64,000 bases of DNA from Alphaproteobacteria bacterium (GTDB lineage: Bacteria > Pseudomonadota > Alphaproteobacteria > MPNO01 > UBA830). The stretch is taken from NCBI GenBank assembly GCA_964291215.2, contig OZ219791.1:1952001-2016000 (forward strand), given 5' to 3'. A program made the translations under genes and the position numbers. The notes below the pieces were generated by a model. That model did no database searches and was not told the DNA's origin. It saw only the letters and a list, made by a program, of their open reading frames with translations. Positions 11,367 through 21,382 of this stretch are shown here, piece by piece (positions within the stretch are counted from its first letter, which is position 1; every line of letters begins with the position of its first letter).

Positions 11367-11913
11367 TCGCGCGGCGGCTCCTGGAATCGTCATCGAACCG
11401 TTCGATCCCGGCCGACATGACCGGTCGGGCTTTACCTGCGGCACGGACCGTCTCGACAATTTTCTGCGGTTCAGCGCCAGAAAGCAGCAGAAGGACGACT
11501 TTACGAGAATATTCGTTGCAGTTGTCGAAGGATTGCCCAAGGTGCTCGGCTACTATGCGCTGAATGCTCACGCCGTCGCGACGGACGACTTCGGACAGGC
11601 CCGGCCCCGGCGGGCTCCCAATACCGGCAGCGTTCCGGCGCTTTATCTCTCCATGATTGCTGTGGATCGAAGCTGGCAAGGCCGGGGACTCGGCTCCGAC
11701 CTTGCGGTTGATACGCTCGGCCGCGCCCTGAGTGTGGCTGGTGAAATCGGTCTCAAGTTGGTTGTCTTGGACGTGATCGACGATGGTGGGAACGAGGCCT
11801 TCGCGCGCCGTATGACATTCTACCAGCGTCTGGGTTTCCAGAGCTTCCAGGACCGTCCGGAACGGATGTTCATCGCTATCGAAACGATCCGGGCCATGTT
11901 CAGTGAAAGATAG
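11356..11913 (+). CDS. GNAT-family toxin (TacT/AtaT-type acetyltransferase)
   Basis: HDRSGFTCGTDRLDNFL, VLGYYAL, acetyl-CoA motif AVDRSWQGRGLG, FYQRLGF; directly downstream of the DUF1778 gene. Confidence 0.9.
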   Translation: MQGDRAAAPGIVIEPFDPGRHDRSGFTCGTDRLDNFLRFSARKQQKDDFTRIFVAVVEGLPKVLGYYALNAHAVATDDFGQARPRRAPNTGSVPALYLSMIAVDRSWQGRGLGSDLAVDTLGRALSVAGEIGLKLVVLDVIDDGGNEAFARRMTFYQRLGFQSFQDRPERMFIAIETIRAMFSER

Positions 11914-11929
11914 TCGGGACAGTTTGACG

Positions 11930-12190
11930 CACAAAGTACCCGGTCGAAGGGAAGCAGCGCTCACACGCGAGCAACTTGCGCGTCTCGGGGCCGAACGGGA
12001 GACGTCTTGCCGAAATCGTAGCCCGACGGGCGGATTCAGAGGACGCGCGACGACCTCCGGCGCTGATCACCAGGCTTTCGCTGACGCTCGACAAGGTCGC
12101 GTTGTTCAGGTCCCTGTTTCGCAGCCGCGAGGATGTCTATCCGAAGCGCCAGGAAAACACCGGTACCGGCAACGCAGGCTATACGCCGGG
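11930..12190 (+). pseudogene. N-terminal fragment of a TOTE-type primase/DEAD-box helicase
   Basis: DKVALFRSLFRSREDVYPKRQENTGTGNAGYTP matches the recalled N-terminus of this family; it ends abruptly. Confidence 0.6.
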
Positions 12191-12828
12191 CCCGAGACTT
12201 CGCCCGGCGCGCGGATACCCGCGCGTCGCGACCGGCGCCCAAGCCGGAAACGGTCCTGTCGCGACGGCCACATGCGCCCGGGCTCGCTGCCTGTGGACCG
12301 GGAGGGCGCGCTCCAGCCCGGACGATCTCCGACCTGTTCCTAGCGGATATTTTGGGCGTCGCCAGGGGCGCCAACCGCAATGGTGCGACCTACTTCCAAT
12401 ACTGGTCCGGCGACCGGAGCACCTACCGCTACTGGATGACGCACAGCGTGTTCGGTGTGGCCGAAGAACCCGGGCGGCCGATGGCGCGCTTCGGGTTTGC
12501 AGGCGGAGACCTGACAGGGTCGCGGCTGCCAGCCAGCGCAACATGGATCGGGCGCATGGTGGGGCCGGCAGTCGAGGGAGCCGCAGCCGGAACTCGCGTG
12601 ATCAGCGAATTCGCCCGAACCCGCGAGCATCGCGTCGAAAAAGACGGATGCAGCACTTGTGACGAAACTGCGAACGGTACCGCCATACGAAGAGCCCGCA
12701 AATAAACGAGTCGCTTCGCATCCGAGCCCAGGGCCTTTAGCCAATCCTGGCGCGGGACAGCCGTGCGCTTTCCGCGGGTTCGAGATTTGGGCGGAGAGGA
12801 ACAGCCGATCGGGCCGCAGAAGAGACGG

Positions 12829-13353
12829 CTATCGCTTTCGACGCCGATTGCGGTTGTATTCGACCTCGTCGGGAGAGAGCTGAAAACCGAGAAAGATCTG
12901 CGTGGCGGGGCCGTCGGCGGGTGTCTTCAGCGGAATGAAGAGTTCAACGTCGTCGCGGTACGACATGCGTTTCTTGTCGGCGACGAGTTTCCCTTGAACG
13001 GGGAATATCTGCTTGTGTCCGGCCTGGTTCGCACGATCCGGCAATGCAACGAAATAGCTGAAGCTGATCGCGCCATCCGTTCCGGCAGGCCCGCGTTCAA
13101 CCTCAATTTCCGTGGCGAGCCGGACTTCCACACCCTGCTCCGAATATTCGCACAATCCCTGGTAACCGGTAAATCTGGCTTCGTAGGCCATGTCGCCGGC
13201 CGTGCGGCCGGAATCCTTTGCGAATCTGACGAGGTTGCTCGCATCGCCGACCAGCAAGGCCTGCGGACAGCGCGGCGACGCTTTGTCGACCGGATTGCTG
13301 CAGGCCGCAAGCACCACGCTCGCGGCCAGCGCCGCTGCAATGCTGTACTTCAT
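12829..13353 (-). CDS. Conserved alphaproteobacterial lipoprotein
   Basis: Signal peptide with lipobox (MKYSIAAALAASVVLAAC); not in the family-assignable set. Confidence 0.8.
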   Translation of the reverse strand: MKYSIAAALAASVVLAACSNPVDKASPRCPQALLVGDASNLVRFAKDSGRTAGDMAYEARFTGYQGLCEYSEQGVEVRLATEIEVERGPAGTDGAISFSYFVALPDRANQAGHKQIFPVQGKLVADKKRMSYRDDVELFIPLKTPADGPATQIFLGFQLSPDEVEYNRNRRRKR

Positions 13354-13372
13354 GCGGCAGGGTATCCCGGTT

Positions 13373-13612
13373 TTAGACGTTCTTGTGCGAGCCGTCACAC
13401 ACCGGGATGTCGTTCGTGTGCTTGCATCCGCAGAACCAGATCGTGTCCGATTTTCCAGCTGCATACTGCACAGGGCTGAAGCCCGTCCCCTTGTGCGAGC
13501 CGTCGCAGAAGGGCTGTTCTTGGCTTCGGCCGCAGGCGCACCACCAGTATTCCTTGCCCTCCTCGACCTCCACGCCGAAAGGCGAACGTTGTGCCACCAC
13601 AGCTTCAGACAT
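13373..13612 (-). CDS. CDGSH iron-sulfur domain protein (two motifs)
   Basis: WCACGRSQEQPFCDGSH and FCGCKHTNDIPVCDGSH. Confidence 0.93.
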   Translation of the reverse strand: MSEAVVAQRSPFGVEVEEGKEYWWCACGRSQEQPFCDGSHKGTGFSPVQYAAGKSDTIWFCGCKHTNDIPVCDGSHKNV

Positions 13613-13772
13613 TTGGCTTTCCTCCTGCGTCCGGCGCCACGCTTGCGGCGCGCTTGCCCTTGCCGACAGCCTAGCCGGCAAGGGCGGGAGTTTCAAGTTC
13701 CCGGTCCATGTACTACATTCCGGCGTTGCAAGGGCGGAAGAATGCTGTTCCGGCCTTCGTCGGAGGCGCACC

Positions 13773-14723
13773 ATGGAAAATCCCAAACCCGACCTGAAGA
13801 TCCTCCTTGCCGCGCCCCGCGGGTTCTGCGCCGGGGTCGATCGCGCGATCGATGTGGTTGAGCACGCCCTCGGGAAATACGGCGCTCCGGTCTACGTTCG
13901 TCACGAGATCGTTCACAACCGGCACGTCGTCGAATCGCTCAGGGAGAAAGGCGCGATATTCGTCGAGGAGCTGGACGAGGTTCCGCAGGACGTTCCCGTC
14001 GTGTTTTCCGCGCACGGCGTTCCGAAATCGGTCTTTTCCGAAGCCGAAAGCAGGAACATGTCCTATCTCGACGCGACCTGTCCGCTTGTTACCAAGGTGC
14101 ATGTCGATGTGCGGCGCCACCTCAAGGGGGGGAAGACCGTCATCATGATTGGCCATGCCGGCCATCCCGAAGTCATTGCGACCATGGGACAGTTCGAACC
14201 GGGACAGGTCATCCTCGTCGAGGATGCCGCGCAGGCGCATGATGTGGCGGTGCCGGATCCGGCCAGCATCGCCTATGTCACGCAGACGACGCTTTCCGTG
14301 GACGACACCGCCGAAGTCGTGTCGACCCTCCGGGACCGGTTCCCCGAAATCGCCGATCCTCCCAAGGACACGATCTGCTACGCGACGACCAACAGGCAGG
14401 CCGCGGTCAAGGACATGACTCCCGAATGCGATGCGATTGTCGTCCTCGGCGCGCCGAACTCGTCGAACTCCAACCGCTTGGTCGAAGTGGCGAAAAAGGC
14501 GGGATGCGCCAAGACCGTGCTGGTCGAGCATGCCGGGCAGGTCGAAGACGAATGGCTGGCCGGCGTCGCGACGCTCGGCATCACGGCCGGCGCCTCGGCG
14601 CCCGAGATTCTCGTCCAGGATCTCGTCGTGCGGTTGCAGTCAAACCGCTCGGTTATCACGGAGGAACGGAGGGTCGCGGAGGAGAACGTTACCTTCGGCA
14701 TGCCTTCGGCGCTTGCCTCCTGA
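13773..14723 (+). CDS. ispH: 4-hydroxy-3-methylbut-2-enyl diphosphate reductase
   Basis: PRGFCAGVDRA, DATCPLVTKVH, ICYATTNRQ, SSNSNRL, TAGASAPE; GGAGG before ATG 13773. Confidence 0.97.
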   Translation: MENPKPDLKILLAAPRGFCAGVDRAIDVVEHALGKYGAPVYVRHEIVHNRHVVESLREKGAIFVEELDEVPQDVPVVFSAHGVPKSVFSEAESRNMSYLDATCPLVTKVHVDVRRHLKGGKTVIMIGHAGHPEVIATMGQFEPGQVILVEDAAQAHDVAVPDPASIAYVTQTTLSVDDTAEVVSTLRDRFPEIADPPKDTICYATTNRQAAVKDMTPECDAIVVLGAPNSSNSNRLVEVAKKAGCAKTVLVEHAGQVEDEWLAGVATLGITAGASAPEILVQDLVVRLQSNRSVITEERRVAEENVTFGMPSALAS

Positions 14724-14735
14724 CGAAACTGTCCC

Positions 14736-15698
14736 GTGGCGGTCTACACAGAGGTCGGGCGGGAAGACCTCGCTGCCTTCCTCGCCGGTTTTGAAGTCGG
14801 CCATGTTCGGTCCTTCACGGCGATCGCCGACGGTACGGAGAACAGCAACTACCGCCTCGCCACTACGCGGGGAAAATTCGTCCTGACCCTGTTCGAAAGC
14901 CGCACGCCGTCCCGCGACCTGCCGTTCGTCGTCGCCCTGATGGATCACCTGTCCCGCCGAAATGTCGTCTGCCCGGTGCCGGTCCCGGATCGTGGCGGGC
15001 GGCGCCTGCACATGCTGTGCGACCGGCCCGCCGTCCTGGTCACGTTCCTTGAGGGGCGCATGCCGCGCCGCATCACCCCCGCCCATTGCGGGGCGGTGGG
15101 CACGGCCCTGGCCGGGCTGCATCTCGCGTCGCGCGATTTCACGGAAAACCGGACCAACCGCCTGTCCGTTCGCGCCTGGCGGCGGATGTTCGAACCGCTG
15201 GCAGACCGGTCCGATACCCTGCGGCCCGGCCTGTCCGGCCTGATCGGCGACGAGATCGACGCCCTCGAGCGGGACTGGCCCGGGGACCTGCCCTCCGGGC
15301 TTATCCACGGCGACCTGTTTCCGGACAACGTGTTCTTTGCCGGCAACCGGCTCTCGGGATTGATCGATTTCTATTTCGCGTGCCGCGACCTGCTCGCTTA
15401 CGATCTCGCGGTCGCCCTGATTTCCTGGTGTTTCGACGCCCGCCAGACGTTCGATTCGGCGCGCGCCGACGCGCTGATCGCCGGCTACCGGAACGCGCGC
15501 GGGCTGGAACCGGAAGAGGTCCGGTCCCTGCCGCTGTTTGCGCGCGGCGCCGCGATGCGTTTTTTCCTGACCCGCCTCGAGGACTGGTTCGAGCGTCCTG
15601 AGGGCGTTCTCTCCCGGCGCAAGGATCCGCTCGAGATGGCCGCGATCATCGAGTTCCATCGCGGCCCGGCGGGCCGCGGCGCCTATGGCGCACGGTGA
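14736..15698 (+). CDS. thrB: Homoserine kinase type II
   Basis: MAVYT start, [24 protein letters not shown]; ispH-thrB-rnhA order. Confidence 0.95.
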   Translation: MAVYTEVGREDLAAFLAGFEVGHVRSFTAIADGTENSNYRLATTRGKFVLTLFESRTPSRDLPFVVALMDHLSRRNVVCPVPVPDRGGRRLHMLCDRPAVLVTFLEGRMPRRITPAHCGAVGTALAGLHLASRDFTENRTNRLSVRAWRRMFEPLADRSDTLRPGLSGLIGDEIDALERDWPGDLPSGLIHGDLFPDNVFFAGNRLSGLIDFYFACRDLLAYDLAVALISWCFDARQTFDSARADALIAGYRNARGLEPEEVRSLPLFARGAAMRFFLTRLEDWFERPEGVLSRRKDPLEMAAIIEFHRGPAGRGAYGAR

Positions 15699-15702
15699 CC
15701 TG

Positions 15703-16203
15703 ATGACCTCCGCTGAAGACCGCACCGTCCGCATCTACACCGACGGATCCTGCCGAGGCAATCCGGGACCGGGCGGCTGGGGCGTCCTCATGATCTGGCG
15801 AGGCCGGGAGCACGAACTGAAGGGCAGCGAGGCCTGGACCACCAACAACCGCATGGAACTGATGGCCGCCATTCAGGGGCTTGAAGCGCTCAAGCGAGAA
15901 GCGGCGGTGGAACTCTTCACCGACAGCCGGTACGTCCAGCAGGGCATCACCAGTTGGATTCACGGCTGGAAAGTCAATGGCTGGCGAACCGCCGGCAAGA
16001 CGCCGGTCAAGAATGCGGATCTGTGGCAGCGCCTCGACCGGGCAATGGCGCCGCATCGGGTGACGTGGCAATGGATACGGGGTCATGCCGGGCATCCGCA
16101 AAACGAACGCGCCGATGCTCTGGCCCGCGATGGGATGGAGGCGGAAGCGGCCCGGCCCGCCTCCGGCTGCCGTCGCGGCAAGTCCGGCGCCGGCCCGGAC
16201 TAG
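15703..16203 (+). CDS. rnhA: Ribonuclease HI
   Basis: [42 protein letters not shown]. Confidence 0.97.
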   Translation: MTSAEDRTVRIYTDGSCRGNPGPGGWGVLMIWRGREHELKGSEAWTTNNRMELMAAIQGLEALKREAAVELFTDSRYVQQGITSWIHGWKVNGWRTAGKTPVKNADLWQRLDRAMAPHRVTWQWIRGHAGHPQNERADALARDGMEAEAARPASGCRRGKSGAGPD

Positions 16204-16682
16204 AGCTGGTCGAGAATGGTGTCGGCGCCGCTGACCTCGAAGCCGCCGCCGTCTTCAATATTGGCCTGGGTCACGACGCCGTCGTCGACCACTAGCGAAT
16301 AGCGCAGCGAGCGCACGCCGAGGCCGCGTCCGGTCAGGTCAAGCACTGCATCGAGCGCCTTGGTCAGTTCGGCGCTGCCGTCGGCTAGCATCGCGACCTT
16401 GCCGCCTGCGTTCTGCGACTTGCCCCAAGCGTCCATCACGAACACGTCATTCACCGAGAGGCAGGCCACCGTGTCCACGCCCTTGCCCCTGATCTCGTCC
16501 GCCTTCTCGACGAAACCCGGAAGATGCTTGGCCGAACATGTCGGCGTGAAGGCGCCGGGAACGGCGAACATCACCACTTTCTTGCCGCCGAACAGATCGT
16601 CGGTAGAGACGGGTTCCGGCCCGTCCTTGCCCATCCGGGTAACGTTGACGGAAGGAATCCTGTCGCCAACACTGATTGTCAT
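16200..16682 (-). CDS. Peroxiredoxin (Prx5/type II)
   Basis: [17 protein letters not shown] and [11 protein letters not shown]. Confidence 0.95.
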   Translation of the reverse strand: MTISVGDRIPSVNVTRMGKDGPEPVSTDDLFGGKKVVMFAVPGAFTPTCSAKHLPGFVEKADEIRGKGVDTVACLSVNDVFVMDAWGKSQNAGGKVAMLADGSAELTKALDAVLDLTGRGLGVRSLRYSLVVDDGVVTQANIEDGGGFEVSGADTILDQL

Positions 16683-16955
16683 CTCTCTTGCTCCTGTCAC
16701 TGGGTTGCGGGCTTTCGCCCACCATAGCGTCGAAGTGATAGAGCAACGCTGCAACCTTGTCACCCTGCCGGCGCACGGCTGCCGGCCACCGGAGTCCCGC
16801 TGCCGCCGCCGGGCCGGGTTCCGGGATGTTGTTGCGCCCCGCCTGCGGTCCCGTGCCGGAGACATGGCGGCGCAGGGCGCGACACCTTGGCCGTGCGCCC
16901 AGCCGGATCGTCGACAGGCGGGCTGCAGCTTCTGCTGCTGGAGCGGAGAGGGCGT

Positions 16956-18370
16956 GTGACGGCCATCGCGAATAAGCCGGGACGTTTCCGGAACCTGCCG
17001 GGTCCGAAGGGATTGCCTGTCCTCGGCAATATCCTCCAGATGCCTCTGGACAGGTTCCATCTCGTGCTCAAGCAGTGAACAGTACGGCTCGATCTTCCGG
17101 GCACGAATCGGGCCTCATCCGCTGGCCGTGATCTCGGATCGGGAAGCCGTCCAGAAGGTGCTCGTACAGTGCTCCAACGGGTTCCGGCGCATCCGGGCGC
17201 TGGAGGCTGCAGCCGCCGAGCTGTGTCTGAACGGAGTCTTCGCGGTCGAGGGCGATGACTGGCGGCGCCAGCGCCGGGTGGTCGTCGCAGCCCTGAAGCT
17301 CGCCCGTCTCAGGCCCTTCTTTCCGAAGCTCGCGGTGACGGTCGTACGTTTGCAGCGGCGCTGGGAGCGCGCGGCCGATTTCGGCGAGCCGGTGGACCCG
17401 TGCCGCGACCTGATGCGCCTGACCGTCGACGTCACCATGCAGTTCGCCTTCGGCGTGGACCCCAACACCCTCGAAATGTCCGGCCCGGTGATCCAGCGGC
17501 ATCTGGACAAAGTACTCCCGGTGCTGCACCGACGCGTGAACGCGGCGCTTTCCTACTGGCGCTACTTTCGGCTGCCGTCGGACCGTGCGCTCGACCGCGT
17601 GCTGGCCAGTCTCGGGGATGAGGCCGGTGAAGTGATTCGCGCCACGAAAGAGCGTCTCGCTGCCGACCCCGGGCTGCGCGCCTCACCTACCAATTTTCTC
17701 GAGGCGATCCTGGTTGCACTCAAGGCCGAGGATTCCGGCTTATCCGATGCCGAGATCTTCGCCCACGGCGGCACGCTCCTGCTGGCGGGCGAGGACACGA
17801 CGGCAAACACCATGGCCTGAATGATCCACTACTTCATGAACTACCCGGAGCATTTCGAACGCATCCGCCGGGAGGTCGACGAAGTGATCGCGCCGGCTTC
17901 GGCCGTCGAGACGATCGATCAGCTGGAGCGCCTTCCCTTTCTCGACGCCTTCCGGGACGAAGCCATGCGCCTCAAGCCGGTCCCCCCGGCGGCCTTGCTC
18001 GAGCCGCTCGAGGGTGTCGTGATCCTCGACCACATGATCCCGAAGGGCACGCAGATGATCATGCTGCTTCGCCATGTGGCGGCGAGCGACAGGCATTTCG
18101 GCAACGCCCGCCGTTTCGATCTGGAGCGCTGGCTCCGGAACTGCCGGCTGCCCGCACGACACCCCGGGCCTTCGATCCGTTCGGGGGCCGGCCGCGGCTC
18201 GGCCCGGGGCGCAATCTCGCTCTGCCTCAGATCCGCGCCGTGATCGCCATGCTGTGCCGCAACTTCGATCTCGAACCCGCCCGTTCGCCCGGGCGGTCAC
18301 CGAACGTCTGGCCTTCACGGTGTTGTCGGAGAACCTGTCCGTGCGCCTGCGGCGCAGGCCGCATATCTGA
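16956..18370 (+). pseudogene. Cytochrome P450 pseudogene
   Basis: LPGPKGLPVLGN, I-helix LLAGEDTTA, EAMRL. Breaks near 17076, a TGA at 17818-17820 and frameshifts after 18130; the heme motif reads FGGRPRLGPG (Cys lost). Confidence 0.9.
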
Positions 18371-18387
18371 TCCGCGCGCGGGCCCGA

Positions 18388-20535
18388 TCAGCGACGTGCG
18401 GCCAGCGCCTTCCCCGCCGCTGCCTCGACAGCGTCAAGGACATTGGTTTCGGTCAGTAGTTCCGGCAATGCTATTCCCCGGGGCGCGGCCGTGCCGTAGA
18501 CCGCATTGAAGGGGATGCCGAAGCGGCCGAAACCCCGGAGGTAGTCGGCGATGCGCGCGTCGGGCATGGTCCAGTCCGCCCGCATCGCGACGATCGCGCC
18601 GGACTGGATGAGCGTGGTGACCTTGCCGCGGTCGAGCACCAGCGACTTGTTGAACTGGCAGGTGAGGCACCAGTCGGCGGTGACGTCGACCAGTACCGTC
18701 CGTCCCGCCGCGACTTCCGCGGCGATTCGGCTCTCGTCGAAGGCGACCCACGGGCCGGCATCCCTGACGGTTTCTGGTCCGCCATCGCGGTGGCCGAAGC
18801 TGCCCGCGCTGACCATGGAAATCGCCGTCAGGGCCGCGACAAGCCCCCAGGTCGCAAGCCGCGCCGCGCCCGACAGCCGGGCGGCCTGCCACACGGCATA
18901 GGCGATGATGGCCATCAGCAGCAGGATCATGCCGCCGGCATGGGCTCCGATCTGCGGCCACAGGATGCTCAGGAGCCAGGCTCCTGTTCCGACGAGGGCC
19001 AGCGACAGGATGCGCTTGACGGTGATCATCCAGTGCCCGGGCTTCGGCAACTTGTTGATCAGCGCCGGAAAGGCGGCAACGACAAGCCAGGGAAGGGCGA
19101 GGCCGGCGCCGAGCGCAAGGAAGACGGCGTAGATCTCGAGCGGTCCGCGCATCAGCGCGAAGCCGACCGCGGTGCCCAGGAACGGCGCGGTGCAGGGCGT
19201 CGCGAGAAGGGTTGCGAAGGCGCCGCCGAGGAAGTGTTCGGCGATGGCTCCGCGCGCGGTCCCGCTTGATCCCGCGGCGGCATCGGCGAGGCGTCCCGGC
19301 AGGCGGATCTCGAAGAAACCCCACATGTTGCAGACGAAGAGCGTGATCACGGCGAGCATGAAGGCGAGGAATGCCGGTTGCTGGAACTGGATGCCCCATC
19401 CGGCTGCGAGGTTGGCGGTGCTCAGCGCCGCAACGACAGTGGCGAGCAGCAGGAAGCAGGCGACGATGCCCGCGGCCGAGGCAAGAAAGCCGGCGCGTAT
19501 GCGGCCCGGCACCTCGCCTCCGTGGCTGACGATCACGAGGAGCTTGAGCGACAGCACCGGCAGCACGCAGGGCATCAGATTGAGGATCAGGCCGCCGATG
19601 AGGGCAAGTCCGAGGATCGCCAGCAGGCCGAGCCCGGTGGCCGCCGCCGGCTGCAGGCCGGCTCTGCCAGGCGCCGCCGCGGCGCGCGCGGCGACGGCGC
19701 GATGTTCGAGCGCACGGTCGCCGTCGACAAGGGTGAGGGTGACGGCCTTTCCGTCAAGCGTGGACGGAGGCTTGCTGGGGGGGTGCACGGCGACCCGCAT
19801 CAACGCGCCCCGTCCGTCGGTCTCGATCTGCACGGCCGGCCGGCCGAAGCCAAACCCGTCCGGGCCCTCGACGAAGAGGTCCGGGTTCGCGAACGCCGCC
19901 TCCCCGGCGGCATGGACGGTCAGCGCTTGGTCCTTGCCGCTGCCGGCGATTTCCACCCGCCCTATCGAGAGTGGAGCCTCGCCGCCGGTCGCCGGTACCC
20001 GGGCGCGCCAGCGGCCGATAGCGGCCGCCTCCGGCGCCGTCGCGCCCGGGCCGGGCGGCAGTGTCAGGGACAGGCTGGTTTCGTAGGGAACGCAGATGTC
20101 GGAGCAGGTCAGGAACCGGAGGCGGGCCCTGATCGCCAGTTCCCTTCCCGGTTCGAGAAGCGATGCGGAAACCGGAAACAGGACTTCGTCGCGATAGCCG
20201 ATGGTCTCCAGCCCCAGCACGGAGAATCGCTCCGGCGCCGGCCAAGAGAGGCTTGCCGACGCCAGGTTCGCGGAGCCCGACCAGTCGAGCAGGGGCGGAA
20301 AGCCGGCGTCGCCGGGCGAGCGCCAGTAGACCTTCCATCCCGCCAGCATTCGGAACTGGAGTCCGAGATCGACCGCGCGCCCGGTGCCCGAGTCGGCGGT
20401 GGCGGAGACCAGCCGGACCGCGCCATGTTCATAGGTGAACCATCCGGACGATGCTGCCGATGCGGTTCCGGCAAGCGCCGACAGCAGCAGGACGGCTGTG
20501 CCGGCAGCGCGGGAAAGTCTATTGACGAATGTCAT
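18388..20535 (-). CDS. dsbD: Protein-disulfide reductase DsbD family
   Basis: GWKVYWRSPGDAG, CSDIC, LNLMPCVLPVL, ATPCTAP, DVTADWCLTC. Confidence 0.92.
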   Translation of the reverse strand: MTFVNRLSRAAGTAVLLLSALAGTASAASSGWFTYEHGAVRLVSATADSGTGRAVDLGLQFRMLAGWKVYWRSPGDAGFPPLLDWSGSANLASASLSWPAPERFSVLGLETIGYRDEVLFPVSASLLEPGRELAIRARLRFLTCSDICVPYETSLSLTLPPGPGATAPEAAAIGRWRARVPATGGEAPLSIGRVEIAGSGKDQALTVHAAGEAAFANPDLFVEGPDGFGFGRPAVQIETDGRGALMRVAVHPPSKPPSTLDGKAVTLTLVDGDRALEHRAVAARAAAAPGRAGLQPAAATGLGLLAILGLALIGGLILNLMPCVLPVLSLKLLVIVSHGGEVPGRIRAGFLASAAGIVACFLLLATVVAALSTANLAAGWGIQFQQPAFLAFMLAVITLFVCNMWGFFEIRLPGRLADAAAGSSGTARGAIAEHFLGGAFATLLATPCTAPFLGTAVGFALMRGPLEIYAVFLALGAGLALPWLVVAAFPALINKLPKPGHWMITVKRILSLALVGTGAWLLSILWPQIGAHAGGMILLLMAIIAYAVWQAARLSGAARLATWGLVAALTAISMVSAGSFGHRDGGPETVRDAGPWVAFDESRIAAEVAAGRTVLVDVTADWCLTCQFNKSLVLDRGKVTTLIQSGAIVAMRADWTMPDARIADYLRGFGRFGIPFNAVYGTAAPRGIALPELLTETNVLDAVEAAAGKALAARR

Positions 20536-20716
20536 CGATTCACTGATCCTTGCGTCCGCTAATATACAACGGCGGTGCGCCGCGGGTAGGGGGAACAGGC
20601 GGTTACCTGCGGCGCTCTCGTCGCCGCCTCGGGAGCCCGCAGCGCCCGAAGACGTTTGATTTCGCGTGAATTGACTGTCATCGTTCAAGGCCACGCTTCT
20701 GGATAGGGGAGGCACA

Positions 20717-21301
20717 ATGACTGATCATCAAACTCCACGGACTTCCGACGGATATTTGACCGGTCAGCTGCTTGTGGCGATGCCGCAGATGCAGGATCCA
20801 CGGTTCGCGAGAACGGTCATCTACATGTGCGCCCACAACGAGGACGGTGCCATGGGGCTTGTCGTCAACAAGCTGATGGAGAGCGTCGAATTCCCCGAGC
20901 TCCTCGAACAGCTCGACCTCGAGCCGGCGGTCTCGGGCCGCGATATCAGGGTCCATTTCGGCGGACCGGTCGAGAGCGGACGGGGTTTCGTGCTTCACTC
21001 GGCGGATTACGTTCAGGACGCGACGATGGTTGTCGACGACAACATCGCGCTCACCGCAACCACCGACATTCTCAAGGACATTGCCTCGGGCAATGGGCCG
21101 CGCGCCTGCGTGCTCGTGCTCGGCTATGCCGGCTGGGGGCCGGGTCAGCTCGACGGTGAGATCCAGAAAAACGGCTGGCTGTCGGTGGCGGCCGACGACC
21201 GCCTGGTCTTCGGCGACGATCCTGATACGGTCTGGGGCGCGGCCTTGGCGAAGATCGGCATTGATGCCTCCCAGCTTTCGGGTGATGCCGGGCACGCCTG
21301 A
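20717..21301 (+). CDS. YqgE/AlgH family protein
   Basis: LLVAMPQMQDPRF, FGGPVESGRGFVLHS, LGYAGWGPGQL. Confidence 0.95.
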   Translation: MTDHQTPRTSDGYLTGQLLVAMPQMQDPRFARTVIYMCAHNEDGAMGLVVNKLMESVEFPELLEQLDLEPAVSGRDIRVHFGGPVESGRGFVLHSADYVQDATMVVDDNIALTATTDILKDIASGNGPRACVLVLGYAGWGPGQLDGEIQKNGWLSVAADDRLVFGDDPDTVWGAALAKIGIDASQLSGDAGHA

Positions 21302-21382
21302 GCCGGTTCAGGCCGGATCCCACGGACTCGGTGCGCGGCAAGTGCGCCGGGCCGTTTGCCGCGCTTTCCGGAACAAGCGGAA

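Noticed and set aside
13383-13772. N-terminal extension of IspH
   Set aside because: It is antisense to the CDGSH gene; the RBS and family start point to ATG 13773.
17818-17820. Recoded stops (selenocysteine or alternative code) in the P450 or the antitoxin
   Set aside because: The P450 also has frameshifts and has lost its heme Cys; intact genes here end normally with TGA and TAG.
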